A program made the position numbers and the translations under genes. DNA of 62,903 bases, the filler included, from Hausera hauseri (Eukaryota): assembly GCA_046269625.1 (NCBI GenBank). It is 12 parts of 12 records of this genome, joined end to end, with 100 filler letters (N's around TTAATTAATTAA, not from the genome) between each part and the next. Parts side by side here need not be neighbours in the genome. Positions count along the whole stretch, not along the records: positions 25,582 to 30,301 come from JBJURY010462134.1; positions 30,402 to 34,930 come from JBJURY010540231.1; positions 35,031 to 39,568 come from JBJURY010536676.1; 9 more parts are not named here. One strand, written 5' to 3'. Positions 25,582 to 39,176 of the stretch are shown piece after piece (the first letter of the stretch is position 1; the number at the start of each line of letters is the position of its first letter). The notes beneath the pieces are model-generated. The model did no database searches, was not told where the DNA came from, and saw only the letters and a program-made list of their open reading frames with translations.

Positions 25582-28500
25582 CGATTTTATTTCTTTTATT
25601 TTTATTTAACTAGATGTTAGTTTCATCTACTTTTTGAACCATGTATGGACATTTATACTAGTCTGTCTAATTTTGGTGTCTTTCCTTTTTTATTCAGGGA
25701 TGTATAAAGCATGACCTTGTCTCCAGGTTTAAAGTCATGTGGTTTAACTTCTTCGTCATAACGATCTTTATATTCCTGTCGACATATTTTTATGTGACGT
25801 GAGGCTAAATTCCATACATATCCTAATTTTTGTTCTAATAATTCTTTATACTTCATGTCTTTTAAATGAGAGACGGGCATTTTAAAATCTAAATCAATCG
25901 GCATGAGTATCTCTAAGATACATCAAATAAATAGATGTTTCTTTTTGCAGGTTAAATTGTATTTCTAATTGCAAACAAGCATGGTTTGATATACTCGTCC
26001 CAATCGTCCTGTCGTTCGTTAACCATGGAAGCCAACACATTGGTTAAGATTCCATTAAATCTTTCTACTGCTCCGTTCGTTTGAGGATGGTGCGGAGTGG
26101 TTTCAACTGTAATATCTAAAATATTTTTGATATTTCCGCCATAACTTCTCCTGTGAAGTTCGGTGCTTGGTCCGTCAATAATTTGGTTGGCGCTCCATAA
26201 TTAAAAACAATTTCTTCGACAAAGGCTTGAGCAATAGTTTGGGCTTTTTGATCTGATATTCGTACCACAAATGGCCATCTAGAGAATAGGTTGACGAACA
26301 CTAGCATGTATTTATTTCCATTCATTGTCATAGGTAGCGGTCCTAGAATGTCCATTGCTGAGAATTCCATTGGAGCTGGTGGGCATTCCAATGGTTTGAG
26401 AGGAACTTTAATTTTTGAACCAGTGTTCTCCCTAGTAACACATATTGAGCAACTCTTGCACGAATTTTAAACGTCTTTAGTCATAGTGTGCCAGTAATAT
26501 TTTCTTTTCAATCTTCCTAAGGTTCCTTTTACTGATTGGTGTCCTCCTATTATACCATCATGATATTGTATCAATAACAATTTTATATCTTCTTGGGGAA
26601 CAACTACAACTGGTTTTCCTTTATAATAATAATATAATACATCATTCTTTATTTCATAATTTTCGACAAACTTTTTTATATTGGTATAAAGATCAATGTC
26701 ACTTGGTATTACTTTTCTCTTTAGGTATTCCTTGATTTGTTTAATTTGTTCATCATTTTGCAGTTTTTGTAATAAGGATTTCTCTTGTTCTATAATGCTC
26801 CATATAGCTGCTATGACGCCTGGTTTATCCGTGGATTCTTCGATTTGGTCTATATCTTCTGGTATTCTTGACATATAATCTGCATTAGCATTCGCTTTTC
26901 CCATTTTATATTCAAACTTCAAATCATATGGTTGAAGCAACATAGCCCATTTCATCAGCCGACTATTTGGATTCTTATGGTTTTTCAACCACTGCAGTGG
27001 TTTATGATCAGTGTAAATAATAATCGGTTTGGTTTCTGATAAATATTGACCATATTGTTCTAACGCATAAACTATTGCAAGTAATCCACGTTCAATTGTT
27101 GAGTAATTCTTTTCATGTTTTCTTAATTTTCTTCCTCCGAACGATATAGGATGTTCTTGTCCCTGGTCATCTTTTTGAGATAAAACTACTCCAATTCCAA
27201 CTTTACTGGCATCCGTTGCTAAGATATATGGTTTTGACATATCTGGGTATGCTAATATAGGTGGAGCCAATAGGTTATCTTTTAACTGTTGATAGGCCTT
27301 TTGACATTCTTGTGTCCAAACAAGTTTAGAATTTTCTTGTAATAATGCATGCAACGGCGAAGCTATCTGTTGATAATTTTTAACAAATTTTCGATAATAA
27401 CCTGTGAGGCCGAAAAACTTTCGGACTCCTTTAACTGTCTTAGGAACTGGAAAATCTTGAATTTTATTTACTTTTCCAATTTGAGGACTGATACCTTATT
27501 GGCTTACCGTATGGTTTAAGAAGTCTACTTTGGTTCGAGCAAAACAGCATTTCTTTAAACTAACCTTTCTTCCTAGAAGTGCACATCTTTCTAACATATC
27601 TTTGAGGTGTTAATCTACGCACATACTGATAGATCCATCTTTCTTTTGTACCATTACAATAGGAGCTGCCCATGGCGAATTACTTGGTCGGATTATGTCA
27701 TGTTGTTTCATTTCAGCTATTATTTCTTTTGCCCTTTCTCTTTTATCATAATTAAGCCTGTACGGTCTTTTTTAATAGGAGTCTCCATTCCTTGCTTTAA
27801 TTTAATTTTATGCTTGATAACTGGTATTACTCCCATATCGTATTCATCTACAGTGAATACATTTTCATATTGGTGCAATATTTTTATTATACCTTCTTTT
27901 TCTACATCTGTTAGTATGCTGTCCTTTCCAAACAAATCATAATCATTCCAATTAATAGGAGTCTTAACGGGTTTCGATATTTTCTTATTTTTATTATGAT
28001 TACTTTTCAATCTATTTATTGGTTCATTTTCTAGCCGTATTCCGCTTTCTTTTCGTGATTTGTGTCGTTCTCTTTCCATAAATTCGGACAATTCTTGTAC
28101 AGTGGAGATAATGGCTTCTGTTGCTTTATTGCCTACATCTTTTGTAGGGTATATGTAAGCGATTCTTGTGCCTTTCCTTACTAATTTTGATTTATTTGAA
28201 ACATTGGCTATTCGAACAATTACCTGTTTTTCTCGAATATTATCGATTGCATGAGCAACCCATAATTCACTTTTATCCATGAAGTTTACATTTGGTTCAA
28301 TGTAGACATCTCCCTCATCTCGACCTTCTACTAAAACTTTAAGTACAACCTCTGTCCTAGCTGGTATTAATACATCTTCTTTGATAGATACTGTATCCTT
28401 TTTCTCTTTCTTAATTCTCCGATATGGTTGGATTTGTTGAGTTTCTAAATTTATACACATATTCTTCAATTTTGCTAATGCATCGCATCCCAGTATAGCT

Positions 28501-28937
28501 TCAGCTACTAATTCATCGGCTATTCTAAATTCTTGTTCGAATTTTTGATTAAGGACTCTTGTTTCGCATTTGATTAAATCTTTTACATATACTTTAGTCC
28601 CGAATGCTCCAATATTCGTAATATCCTCTGTGGGTTTTTGTAACTTCTTTTTTAATTGCTCCGGCAGCTGTTTTCGTGAAATTATTGAGGCTGATGCTCC
28701 TGTATCGCTTACTTTGGTGATGGGGTATCCATCTATCCATATTACTGTTCTTGGTATGACTTTACTCCCATCTATACTAGTTATTAATTCCCCTTTTGGA
28801 GCGGATGGATAAAACGTCAGCTTCATATGCTTTGGGTCATGATTGTCTATGTCACTTAAACAGTGTATATCAATGTATTCATTAGGAGACATGAAATATT
28901 GTTGTTGTTCCAACGGATGTTCATTCCACCTTCTCAT
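25582..28937 (-). mobile_element. Ty3/Gypsy pol: protease, dUTPase-like domain, RT (core deleted), RNase H, integrase
   Basis: DTGASAS protease; SPWAAPIVMV; LATDASKVGIG, YTDHKPL and ANADYMSR (RNase H); H-H-C-C and MDILGPL...TDQAPNF...PHHPQTNGAVE (integrase). The domain order is Gypsy-type. Confidence 0.95.
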
Positions 28938-30301
28938 TTGAGGAATATCTGATAGTAAAGTTCTCCGCTTTTACTTCTGGCGGTAGTCAAACTCAATGTC
29001 CTTTTAGTATCTTTAATAGATTTAGACCTTTTTCCTATCTCCTTTGGTGGAGATTTATTCTCATCATCCTCCTCTTCCTTATTTTTATTTTTATGTTTCC
29101 ATTCAGCATCCTTTTTAATCAGAAAACAGCTAGCTATGAATGGGATCAATGCATAAATAATTTTCCATGTACATCCGGCAGCTTGTTTTATGCCATAGCT
29201 CTTAGTTATCATGGTTAAAATAGCCTTTATGAAAGCAAAAATGTAATAAAATCCTAGCCATCCGGAATTAAATTGGCCGAACAACATGTACCATTCCCAT
29301 GCTGTCGCAAATATATCCTTAGCTATTTTCTTCGCATATTCTGGTCCCATCAAATTTTCTCAGTTAGCTTTGCCAGTATGATCGGCTAAACCTCTCATTG
29401 CCATTTCTGTTAAATCTTTCTGTCTTTGTTGATGAAACATCATCATTCTTCTATGATTTTCCATATCTTGCTCAGAGTATACACCCATCTTTACTAAGTC
29501 CGTTAGTGGCTTGTATGTTTGTTCTGTTTTCAAATTAATTAAACTAATCCTCCGAGGTGGAGTAATCTGTTCTTTCTTCGGCATCCTTATCCATAAATTA
29601 TCGCTTAGTCGATATGCTGGCGACATAGTGTATGTACAATTTTGATGTACATATGGTTTTTCTGCCGGGTCTAATAATATCCGAGTAATTGGTTGCAGAA
29701 AACGTGGTTTCTCCTTATACCAAATAGGTAACTCCATGGTACACTCAGTTGTTGGTCTCAATTTAACAGCTACTTTTGTGCATTCGAAAGTTACAAGTGT
29801 CTCACCCATCGTTCGAGCGAACTTTCCCTCTGCATCAGGAGATTCAGCTGGATCCTTCATTATTCCGTCCGTTATTGCCGATAGATATATTCGGTTCCTG
29901 ATTATCTCTCTGTTCAATTTACAGTCATTTAGTATTATCTCTCGATACATAGCGTAAATGTTTTCTTGTTGAAAGTGATAAATAAAATCAATCTTATTAT
30001 CAAAGTATAGATGAGGCTTTATTTCCGATTTATGAATTTTCCTTTTGGCTTTTGTTATCTCTGTTGTGGATAAGAATATTCCTTTATAATTTGTTCGAAA
30101 TACCGTCTGATCACATCTCCTGGTATCACTTTCTAATTTAAATCTCATTCCATCTTGAGGATTCGCTGAATATACTATGGTAGGGGTCTCGATCATATCT
30201 GATACTCGGTCTAATCTACTTTTGGATATTTCTTCTTTATACATTCGTCCTTTTGTTTCATTAAATTTTCCTACCTTTAACAAAGCTAACTGACATTGAT
30301 C
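28934..30301 (-). pseudogene. Chuvirus/herpes gB-like (class III) envelope glycoprotein, C-terminal half with membrane anchor; one in-frame TGA at 29360-29362
   Basis: CKLNREI...GKFARTMGETLVTFECTKVAVKLRPTTECTMELPIWY...FLQPITRIL...NCT...PAYRL...W, then aromatic membrane-proximal and hydrophobic segments (WEWYMLFGQF...YIFAFIKAILTMI; IIYALIPFIASCFLI) and a charged tail. The family call is from motif recall. Confidence 0.72.
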
Positions 30302-30401
30302 NNNNNNNNNNNNNNNNNNNNNNNNNNNNNNNNNNNNNNNNNNNNTTAATTAATTAANNNNNNNNNNNNNNNNNNNNNNNNNNNNNNNNNNNNNNNNNNN
30401 N

Positions 30402-31085
30402 GCATTGGAAATTCATAGTAGAAAATGGCATAGTAAAGACACGAAAAGGCAAGATATGGATACCAACGGATAAGAGGGAAGAAATGATAAAGCAATGCCA
30501 CGTCATGCTATCTCACGCCGGAATAGAAAAAGTAACAAAATACATAAGCAGTAACTACGACATTACAAACATAAAAGACACCGTTAAGGAAGTCATTGGA
30601 CACTTGTCAAAGAAATAAGACCGTGACAACGGGTACAAAGGAAGAGACCGTGAGACTCAATGCAAACGAACCATTCGAGAAGATCTACATTGACATTTGT
30701 AGACCGTTAAAAGAAACCTGGAGGAAGAAAAAATATATATTGGCGATCATAGACCAGTTTAGCAGATATATATCACTATCGGCAATAGCAAAACAACACG
30801 AAGGAACCATAAAAGACGCCGTGCTAAAGACTTGGATTCGCAAATTCGGCGCACCGAAAGAGATACACACAGATTGCGGAAAAGCATTTGAATCTAAGGT
30901 ATTTAAAGACATGACGGCGTCAATGGACATCAAAATGTGATATTCAAGCCTGCATAATCACAATGCCAATGGCATAGTGGAAAGGCAATTCCGAATAATT
31001 AGAGAATATGTGGGTGCGACTCTCCACGATCGACAACGAACAGATTTGGGAGAAATACTATCAGAAATCCTTTTCCTACTCGTAT
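30402..31085 (+). mobile_element. Gypsy-type integrase fragment
   Basis: CHVMLSHAGI, DTCQRNK, PFEKIYIDI, IIDQFSRY, FGAPKEIHTDCG, NANGIVERQF. Confidence 0.88.
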
Positions 31086-31109
31086 AAGGATGGTACTACC
31101 AGGGAGACT

Positions 31110-31985
31110 CGATCTACTAACAAGTATATAAAAATCATTCAGCATAATTACAATTTCAATTGTATTACGTTCCCATCAACAATACACGAAATCGAAAGAT
31201 TTCGGCGAGTTAACCAGATGTCCATCAGTATCTTTGGATGGGATGAAACGGATAAATTCTATCCTTTAAAAGTGTGCGGAGTGGAATTAGAAGACCATAG
31301 GGACAGACAATCGTGAATAGAAGAATTTCAATGGGGTAAAATACTTTGAGCGTCTAGTGAGATTCCAAATAACAAAAAATGAGACAAGAATTAAAATTTG
31401 CAAACGATGCTTACCCCGTTGCTACGACAATCATTGCATTAGAACGAAATTTTGCACAGAAGATTATATTGAATTCAAAGAGTTTGAAAAAAATGCGTAA
31501 AATGTCAATTGTCGTATATAGTGACTTCGAAGCCATCCTATGTCCAGTTCGGAGTTGTAGTCAAAATCCGCAACAAAGTACCACGACGATATACCAATAT
31601 CACAAACTATAATTATTTCGCATGTATGCAAAGGGAATGGACAAGGAGCCACATTTTTTTAGGAGTCCAAATTCAGCACTTCTTTTTATGCAGCGCTTAG
31701 AAGATATGGCACAAAAGATTGAAAATATGCGGCATAAAAGTATGGTGATATCACCGAAAGAAGAATATGAATGGAGAAAGGCAACAACGTGTTACGTGTG
31801 CTCAAAATCATTCAAGAGAGATAATCATAAAGCTCGGAAGCCCTGCCAAGTAACAGGCAAGTATAGAGACGCAGCATGCAGTGCGTGCAATCTATGCTGC
31901 AGAACTGTTACATCTGTGCCCGTAATCTACCACAATCTTAATGGGTACAACTCTCATTTCATAGTCAGAGAACTACGTTGTGCGA
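31110..31985 (+). mobile_element. pPolB N-terminal/exonuclease fragment, same family as 35218-39033
   Basis: QHNYNFNCITFPSTIHEI, IVVYSDFEAIL, CYVCSKSF...GKYRDAACSACN and IYHNLNGYNSHFI are colinear with 36260-37170. Confidence 0.85.
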
Positions 31986-32914
31986 CCAATAATGAACCGG
32001 AATGAATAGTAAAAAGGGTAATGAAGCAGAACTTGGGGTCGAATTTTAAGTTTAAATATATTAGGTGTATAAAACATATATTGCTTTAATCAATCATTTG
32101 TATTTTCATTATATTTTGTAATTTTTTGAAAAAGGTGAACAAAACATCTTTTCTCCAGTGGAATTTCGAAACGTCATTAGATTTTTTGTCTTAAAAAGTT
32201 CTAACGGAATATATTATTTCACAGTTGAATGATGTATACGACGAATATAGTCCTTCTAAACCCACTATTATGGAACATGGCCGGCAAGATGTTTTTGATG
32301 AAGAAAGTTCAGAGCGCCCTAAAGAAATCTCCGATTATGATATTGAAAATTTTGAAAAAATTGTGAGAAATGACCTTCGTATTGCATGCAAAATGCTCTA
32401 TGAACAACTTAATATCACTAAGGGATTACTAAATTCAATTGTGAAAGAAATTAACTGAAATTAACAAAACTGATTTCAAATTGTTCTCATTCTCACCAGA
32501 CTTGGCACCAAGCGATTTTTCTTGTTTGCACATTTGAAAAAAAACATCTCAGAGGTTGGTAATTCGATGATAAGGGGCGTTACCACAAATAGTTGAAGGC
32601 TTTCTTCAAACAAGGCCACCATATTTCTTCGAAACTGGGTTCCAAGATTTGAACAAGCGTTGATACAAGTGTACATAGAATCATACATAGAGGATCATAC
32701 ATAGAAAGGTAGTTGCCTAGATATATTTAACTTTCTATTTATTCAGTAATAAACGTTACTCTTCATCTATTTCCCTTTAATTCCGGCTCATTAGTGGACG
32801 AACAACGTATATAATTTACTAATAATAGCCGTAGTAATATTCTTATAAATGTATTAATTTGTGGATTGTAAAATATTCAGTATCGTTTTAATTTTAACAA
32901 TTTTATTTTAACAA

Positions 32915-34170
32915 ACATGTCTACTCCAAAGAGAAAGAACCTCTGCAATACTCAAAAATGTCGCATCATTCAAGCAGAAGATAATGAAAAACAGTCCACA
33001 GCCTCGAAGAAAAATTAAAAGATATTGCTGCTGATTTTGGAATAAAGCCGTCTTGTTTTTCCACCATACCCAAGGACAAGGATGCATTTATTTCTCGCTT
33101 CTTCGCGAATAAATTTTCGCAATCAGCAAAACTTTTTCGTCCAGCAGACAAGTTTACCGAGGTGGATGCTGTTCATCTAAAATGGTTTTTATCATGCCAT
33201 TCACATTCCAGTATCTGACGAGCTTATCTTAGCTAAGGCTAATTCATTTGTCGGACAGCTATCTTTACAAAGTCCAGTTTCCTATTCCTACATTCAACGC
33301 TGGAAGTGTCGCCCTGACATCTGCAAAAGTGATTCGTGGTGAAAGGGCATCTGTGACTCCTACAATGGTCAGTGTTTGGTGTCAAAATATTCTCCCATAC
33401 ACAATGCGGAAATATTCCTCAAATTACATTTTAATTGCGCCGAAACTGCACTATTCAAACATGAATATCAATCCTTATTGGGGCAAGCAAACGTAAAACC
33501 TTCATAACCTCAGTAATCAATACATACGAAAAACTTGATCGTCAATTTGCAAACCGAAAGCGAAAAATTGCTATGGACGTGGACAATTGCCCTTCTCACC
33601 CAAAATTTTCGGAATTACTGGCGGTAAACTTAATCTTCCTACACCCTAACACAACATCACAAACGCAGTCTATGGATTGTAGAATCATCAACAGCTTGAA
33701 GAGCTAATGAAAAAGATGATTATTTCGCACGATTTCAAATCTACACTCTTGGAATGCTTACATTGGCTTCATAAAAGTTAGCAGTCTGCTGTTTCGGTTA
33801 CCACGATTACTAATGCTTTCAGAAATGCTGGTTTTGTATTGTCTGTTAATGAAGATGTTTTCACCATTGTGCAGAAGGTGGAGGTCGTTCGGCCTGAGGC
33901 AGATATTGAAATGGATAATATTTTGGACCGCTTACGACGTGTCTTTAGCATACCTAATGATTTAACTGTAACCGACTAGATCAACGCTGACAATACGGTG
34001 GTAAGGGACGGACTGTCATTCAGATGATGAAATTATACAGTCTATTCAAACCACAAATTCAACTAGCAGTGATGATGACGATGAATTGGCCAAGATTGAA
34101 GACCTTGCGCTATGCCCAGCTGAGTCACTTGATATGCTACAGAAAATTCGCTTCACTCTCATGAAGTAGT
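32915..34170 (+). mobile_element. Tigger/pogo transposase remnant
   Basis: CENP-B-like HTH start, IRGERASV, VDNCPSHP, FLHPNTTSQTQSMDCRII and an acidic tail. Many disruptions. Confidence 0.8.
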
Positions 34171-35217
34171 CCAAATTATCAGCATGCAGATGCCATATAC
34201 CTATCCTTATCCACCATTGCCCTGCAATCCAAAAAACATGTAAACGTCAAGATGAGAATATTAAATGACTATAAATGATATTATTAAAAGAGTTTGTTTA
34301 AATTTTAGTATGCGTACTGTGCTTTGAATTAAATTTTGAACGTTGCATGGTTTTCTCTATTTTCCAGATTTTGTAAAAAACTGTTTAATAGTAGCTTTTA
34401 ATCTAGCTAAAGGCACTTCATAATAACCGGCATAAACTGCACCGGTTATAAAAATTAATAATATTTTTAAATTAATTGAAATAAGTGATGAAAAATAGCT
34501 TACATTTGAAATGTACTTTACATTTTTTATATTATTTTATCTCCACATCTATTCAATAAACCGTTTTCATTTTCCAAAACATCAAGAAAAAATGACTATC
34601 AGCTTCAATTCTGACTTTTCATGTTTTCTACGAAAATCTGGCTGAAATGTATTTTTTATTATTATTTTGCATGCAAACGATTGACAGTTTTCCGCTGTTT
34701 TTATGAATCATATCAGGAGTTATGCTGCTCCAAAATTTTTTTGACTTCGATTTTTTATGAAATATGGCCTTAAAGCCTTTTAGATTTTAGAAAATTTTCT
34801 TGAAGAATTTCAATCTCTAACAATTTTTTAATTAAATTTATTAATAAAAATATAATTAAACTCTTATTAATTTTTATTTATTTATTGAACAATAAATTTT
34901 AAATTAAAAATTTAATTAATTTTAACTAGANNNNNNNNNNNNNNNNNNNNNNNNNNNNNNNNNNNNNNNNNNNNTTAATTAATTAANNNNNNNNNNNNNN
35001 NNNNNNNNNNNNNNNNNNNNNNNNNNNNNNTTGGTTTTGTGAACTTTTATACCGTTTTGTGAACATTTATAACATAAAAAGGTTAAACACATTTATTAAC
35101 GAACAAAGAATACTACACACAAGTAAAACATTTCTCTGTCTCTTCCTAAACTCCTGTTTAATGTCTGTCATCAATATCGATCGAACAACAAGTTCTACAT
35201 AGTCTTCTTTTGACCAT

Positions 35218-38200
35218 ATGTATAACAGGGTTCAGTATTATATATACCCTATATGTGAGGTAGTGTGCCAATCCAATTACGAAGATTTTTACAATGTCTA
35301 TTAGCAGCACTTGATTTCCTTCACCAAGTCGAAAAAACAAATATTCAGTACCAGTATGCCAATGACGACCTTCGTGCCAAAGGAAAATCAAAGATGCAGT
35401 TCATATATGTATTGCACGTGTGTAATACACAACCCTCAGAATTGCCACAATACTATGAGGAGCTATTATGGACACAAATTCAATAGGATCACTTATTATA
35501 TCTGCTCAGGATGTGAGGCTGTATGTGATGTAGAATACATACAGTTTTACGAAGATCACAAACATCATTTGACTGACTTCGCATCAAAGTCAAAGAAGAT
35601 CATATTTAATGAACATAAACCTGCAGTACATCATACAGTACCACAGCCTTCAGTACCAGAGCCTGCAGTACAGCCAGATGCAGGACTGAAACGCGCATCA
35701 GGCGTAGCGGCTCTGTCAAAAAGCTAAAGACAGCGGCTAGTTGATGCTGCAGAATTAATGAGGAAATACCGCAAATATGTCATTGAGGCAACTGGTCAAA
35801 CAATCATCTAGGAGTTCCTGGAGTACACAAAAGAAGAAACTCAGTGGATTCTTTAGGATAATATGACTGAACTCAAAGCCCTTAAATTCAATATGAAACT
35901 GGAGGCCACATACGTCAATGTTGATGGCGAAGAGTCCAAAAGGGCCTTCAAGACCCATATTGGAAAACACCAATATAGTGGAATGGCTTAATGAGGAACA
36001 TGGAAAGCTGACCCGTGAAGCCGATGAGAGCTAGGATAAGAGGAGTGGATGGACTCTGTCAATCATCAAGAGACTGATTATGTATGTGCACAAGTACTCA
36101 CCCATGCGGGGCAGCTCCTATATACAACTTCCGGAATGGATCACTAATAAAAAGGCACGTTTCAATGTCCTTAGTGATGATAACAAGTGTTTCATGTATG
36201 CCATTTTATGTAAACTCATACGGAATCAAAAACATGCTGCTGATCGAGTTTGGCTATATAAGAATGTGCAGCACAACTATGACTTCCAGTGTATCACATT
36301 CCCTACATCCATAGATGAGATCAAGAAGTTCAGTCGAACCAACAATATATCAATCAATATCTTTGGATTGGATAAGGAAGAAAAATTCAATCGTCAGCAG
36401 ATATGCGCTGTTGAATTGGAAGATCATAGAGATCTGCTCCTATTAGACGATGATGAAAATAGGCATTTCATCTGGATAAAGAACTTTGAACGTCTAGTCA
36501 GATCACAAATTACGAAACATAAAGAAAGAATCGACAATATAAACGATGCTTGTCTTATTTCAGCGACAAGTTAGCTGTGAAGAAGCTTGTAGAGCACAAG
36601 ATGTGCTGCAACAGCAATTACTGTGTAAGGCCAGAATTTCCCAAGGAGGACTATATTAAATTCAAGGAGTTCGAGAAAAAGATCAAGGTCCCAATAGTTA
36701 TCTATTCCGACTTTGAGGCTATCCTGCGTCCAGTTCAGAGTTGCAGCCCTAATTCTCAACATAGCAGCACAACGGAATACCAACATCATGAACTCTCACT
36801 GTATTGCATGTATGCCAAAGGACTGGACAGTGCACCATTTCTATTTAGAGGTCCAGGTGCAGCAGCACATTTTATGAAACGACTTGAAGACATGGCTCAT
36901 AGGCTTGAAAGCATGTTTCAGCAGCATATGGACACAATGAGCATGTCGAAACAGCAAGAAGATGAATGGCGCAAGGCAACAGCATGTTACTTGTGCGACA
37001 AGTCCTTCACAAAGGAAAATTGGAAAGTCAAGGATCACTGCCATTTTACAGGTGCATACCGAGGGGCAGCATTCAATAACTACAATCTTCGCTTCAAAAC
37101 ACGTACATATGTGCCTGTAGTATTCAAGAATCTCAGTAGTTGTGATTCCCATTTTATAATCCGAGAATTAGCCAACATTGTTGGTAATATAGATGTGATC
37201 CCATACAGTGAGGAGAAATACATCACTTTCACCAAGCATGTGGGCCGCATTAGACTTCGTTTCATAGACAGCTTCCGCTTCATGTGCTCGTCACTGGATA
37301 ATTTAGTGAAGATCCTCACTGCCGAAGAACTCAAGGAGACGAAGCGGTTTTTTCCCATTAACTTTGACTAGTAAAGAGGAAAGGAGAGTTTCCCTACGAC
37401 TATATAACCTCATAGGAAACACTGGATAATATCTCATTACCGCCTAAGGATGGCTTTTATAGCCCGTTGTTGGACTGTGATATCAGTAATGAGAAGTACC
37501 AGCATGCTCAGAATGTCTGGATGGCATTCCAATGCGGGGCATTAGGGGAATACAGCGACATATACCTCAAGACGGACGTACTGTTGCTGACAGATGTCTG
37601 AGAGTTTTAGGGATGTTACAATGAAGATACATGCTTTGGATCCGGCTCATTTCATTACGGCTCTAGGGATGAGTTGGGCAGATATGCTGAGATATACTGG
37701 TATTAGGCTGCAGATCATTAAGGATTATGATATAATTCTTATGATCGAGAGAGGCATTAGAGACGGATTATGCCAGGCCATTCACATTTATAGTAAGACC
37801 AACACAAGTATATAGTCCAGTATAATCCATCCAAGGAATCCTCATATCATACCTGGATTCCAACAACTTGTATGGATATGCAATGAGCGCCCCATTGCCA
37901 TATGATAACTTCAAATGGGCCGAACATCCTGAAAACATCCATATATTGTACCTGGATCCCGCTGGAGATACGGGCTATACACTGAAGGAAGATGTGGAAT
38001 ATCCTGCTACCATCCACGCAAGGCATCAACAGCTGCCTTTCCTCCCTGAGAGCAGGCCTCCACCCTATGGAAAGCATAGAATACTGCTTTATTATCTGGG
38101 TAATAGAGAGAGGTATGTAGTTCACTACATCAATCTCCAGCAGGAAGTTAGATATGGACGTCGTATTACCAAGATCCATAGAGTCCTACAGTTAAGTTAG

Positions 38201-39033
38201 TCCATGTGGCTGCAACCGTACACAGATCTCAATACAAAGCTGTGGAAAAATGCCAAGAACGACTTTGAGAAAGACCAATTCAAGCTTTACAACAACTCGG
38301 TCTTTGGCAAGACGATGGAAAATATCCGCAACAGAATCAACATCGAGCTAGTATGTGACTGGAAGCGGGCAAAGAAGCTTATTGTCAAGCCCAACTTCAA
38401 CAGCAGCACCATATATACGGAGAACTTGGTGAGCATCCATATGCTGAAAATATCCTTGGTATTTAGCAAGCCCATATATGTGGGTATGGCAATCCTTGAC
38501 CTATCAAACACCTTAATGCATCATTTCCATTACGATATAATGGTCCCGAATTCAAGTTCATGCAGCTGATGTATATAAATACTGATAGTTTCATCTACCA
38601 GATCCATGCAGGTGATATGTATAAGGACTTTGCCCAGTTGTCCCAATATGTGGATACCTCGGACTATCCAAATTATTCAATTGCCAACAAGAAAGTCCTT
38701 GGGAAATTCAAAGGCGAGGTGAATGGGGCAATAATATCGAGATTTGTGGCTCTCAGATCTAAAATGTACGCCCTAGATGTATGTGGCCAAGTAAAGAAGC
38801 GGGCAAAATGGGTTCAAAGGGTTACATTGGTCAAGAAGATTGGCTTCAATGACTATATGAGAGTTCTGCAGGAGCAGACTCACATCATTTCAGAGATGAA
38901 ACGGATCCAATCTAGGGATCATAACATCCAAACTGTAACCTTACAGAAGTAAAGCCTAGATTGGATGGACGACAAGAGGCAGATCCTCAGCAATGGGATA
39001 CACACACTACCTCACGGACATTTGGCGTTGTAA
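35218..39033 (+). mobile_element. Nearly full-length protein-primed DNA polymerase B with N-terminal extension, decayed
   Basis: RSGWTL, GSSYIQLPEWI, DNKCFMYAIL, YSDFEAIL, KDHCHFTGAYRGAA, FIDSFRFM, YLKTDVLLL, YLDSNNLYGYAM, KLYNNSVFGKTMEN, YINTDSF, RSKMY, DDKR. Confidence 0.93.
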
Positions 39034-39176
39034 ATATTGTTATTCTTTGTTTAATAAATTTTGTATTTAGAAATATTGTATTGTATTTTTGATAAAGTAA
39101 TGTTGGATATAGGATAAGGCCAAGTAAAACTAAGTAACTACAATATAGGTTAAGACCAACTAATTGCATAACACAT

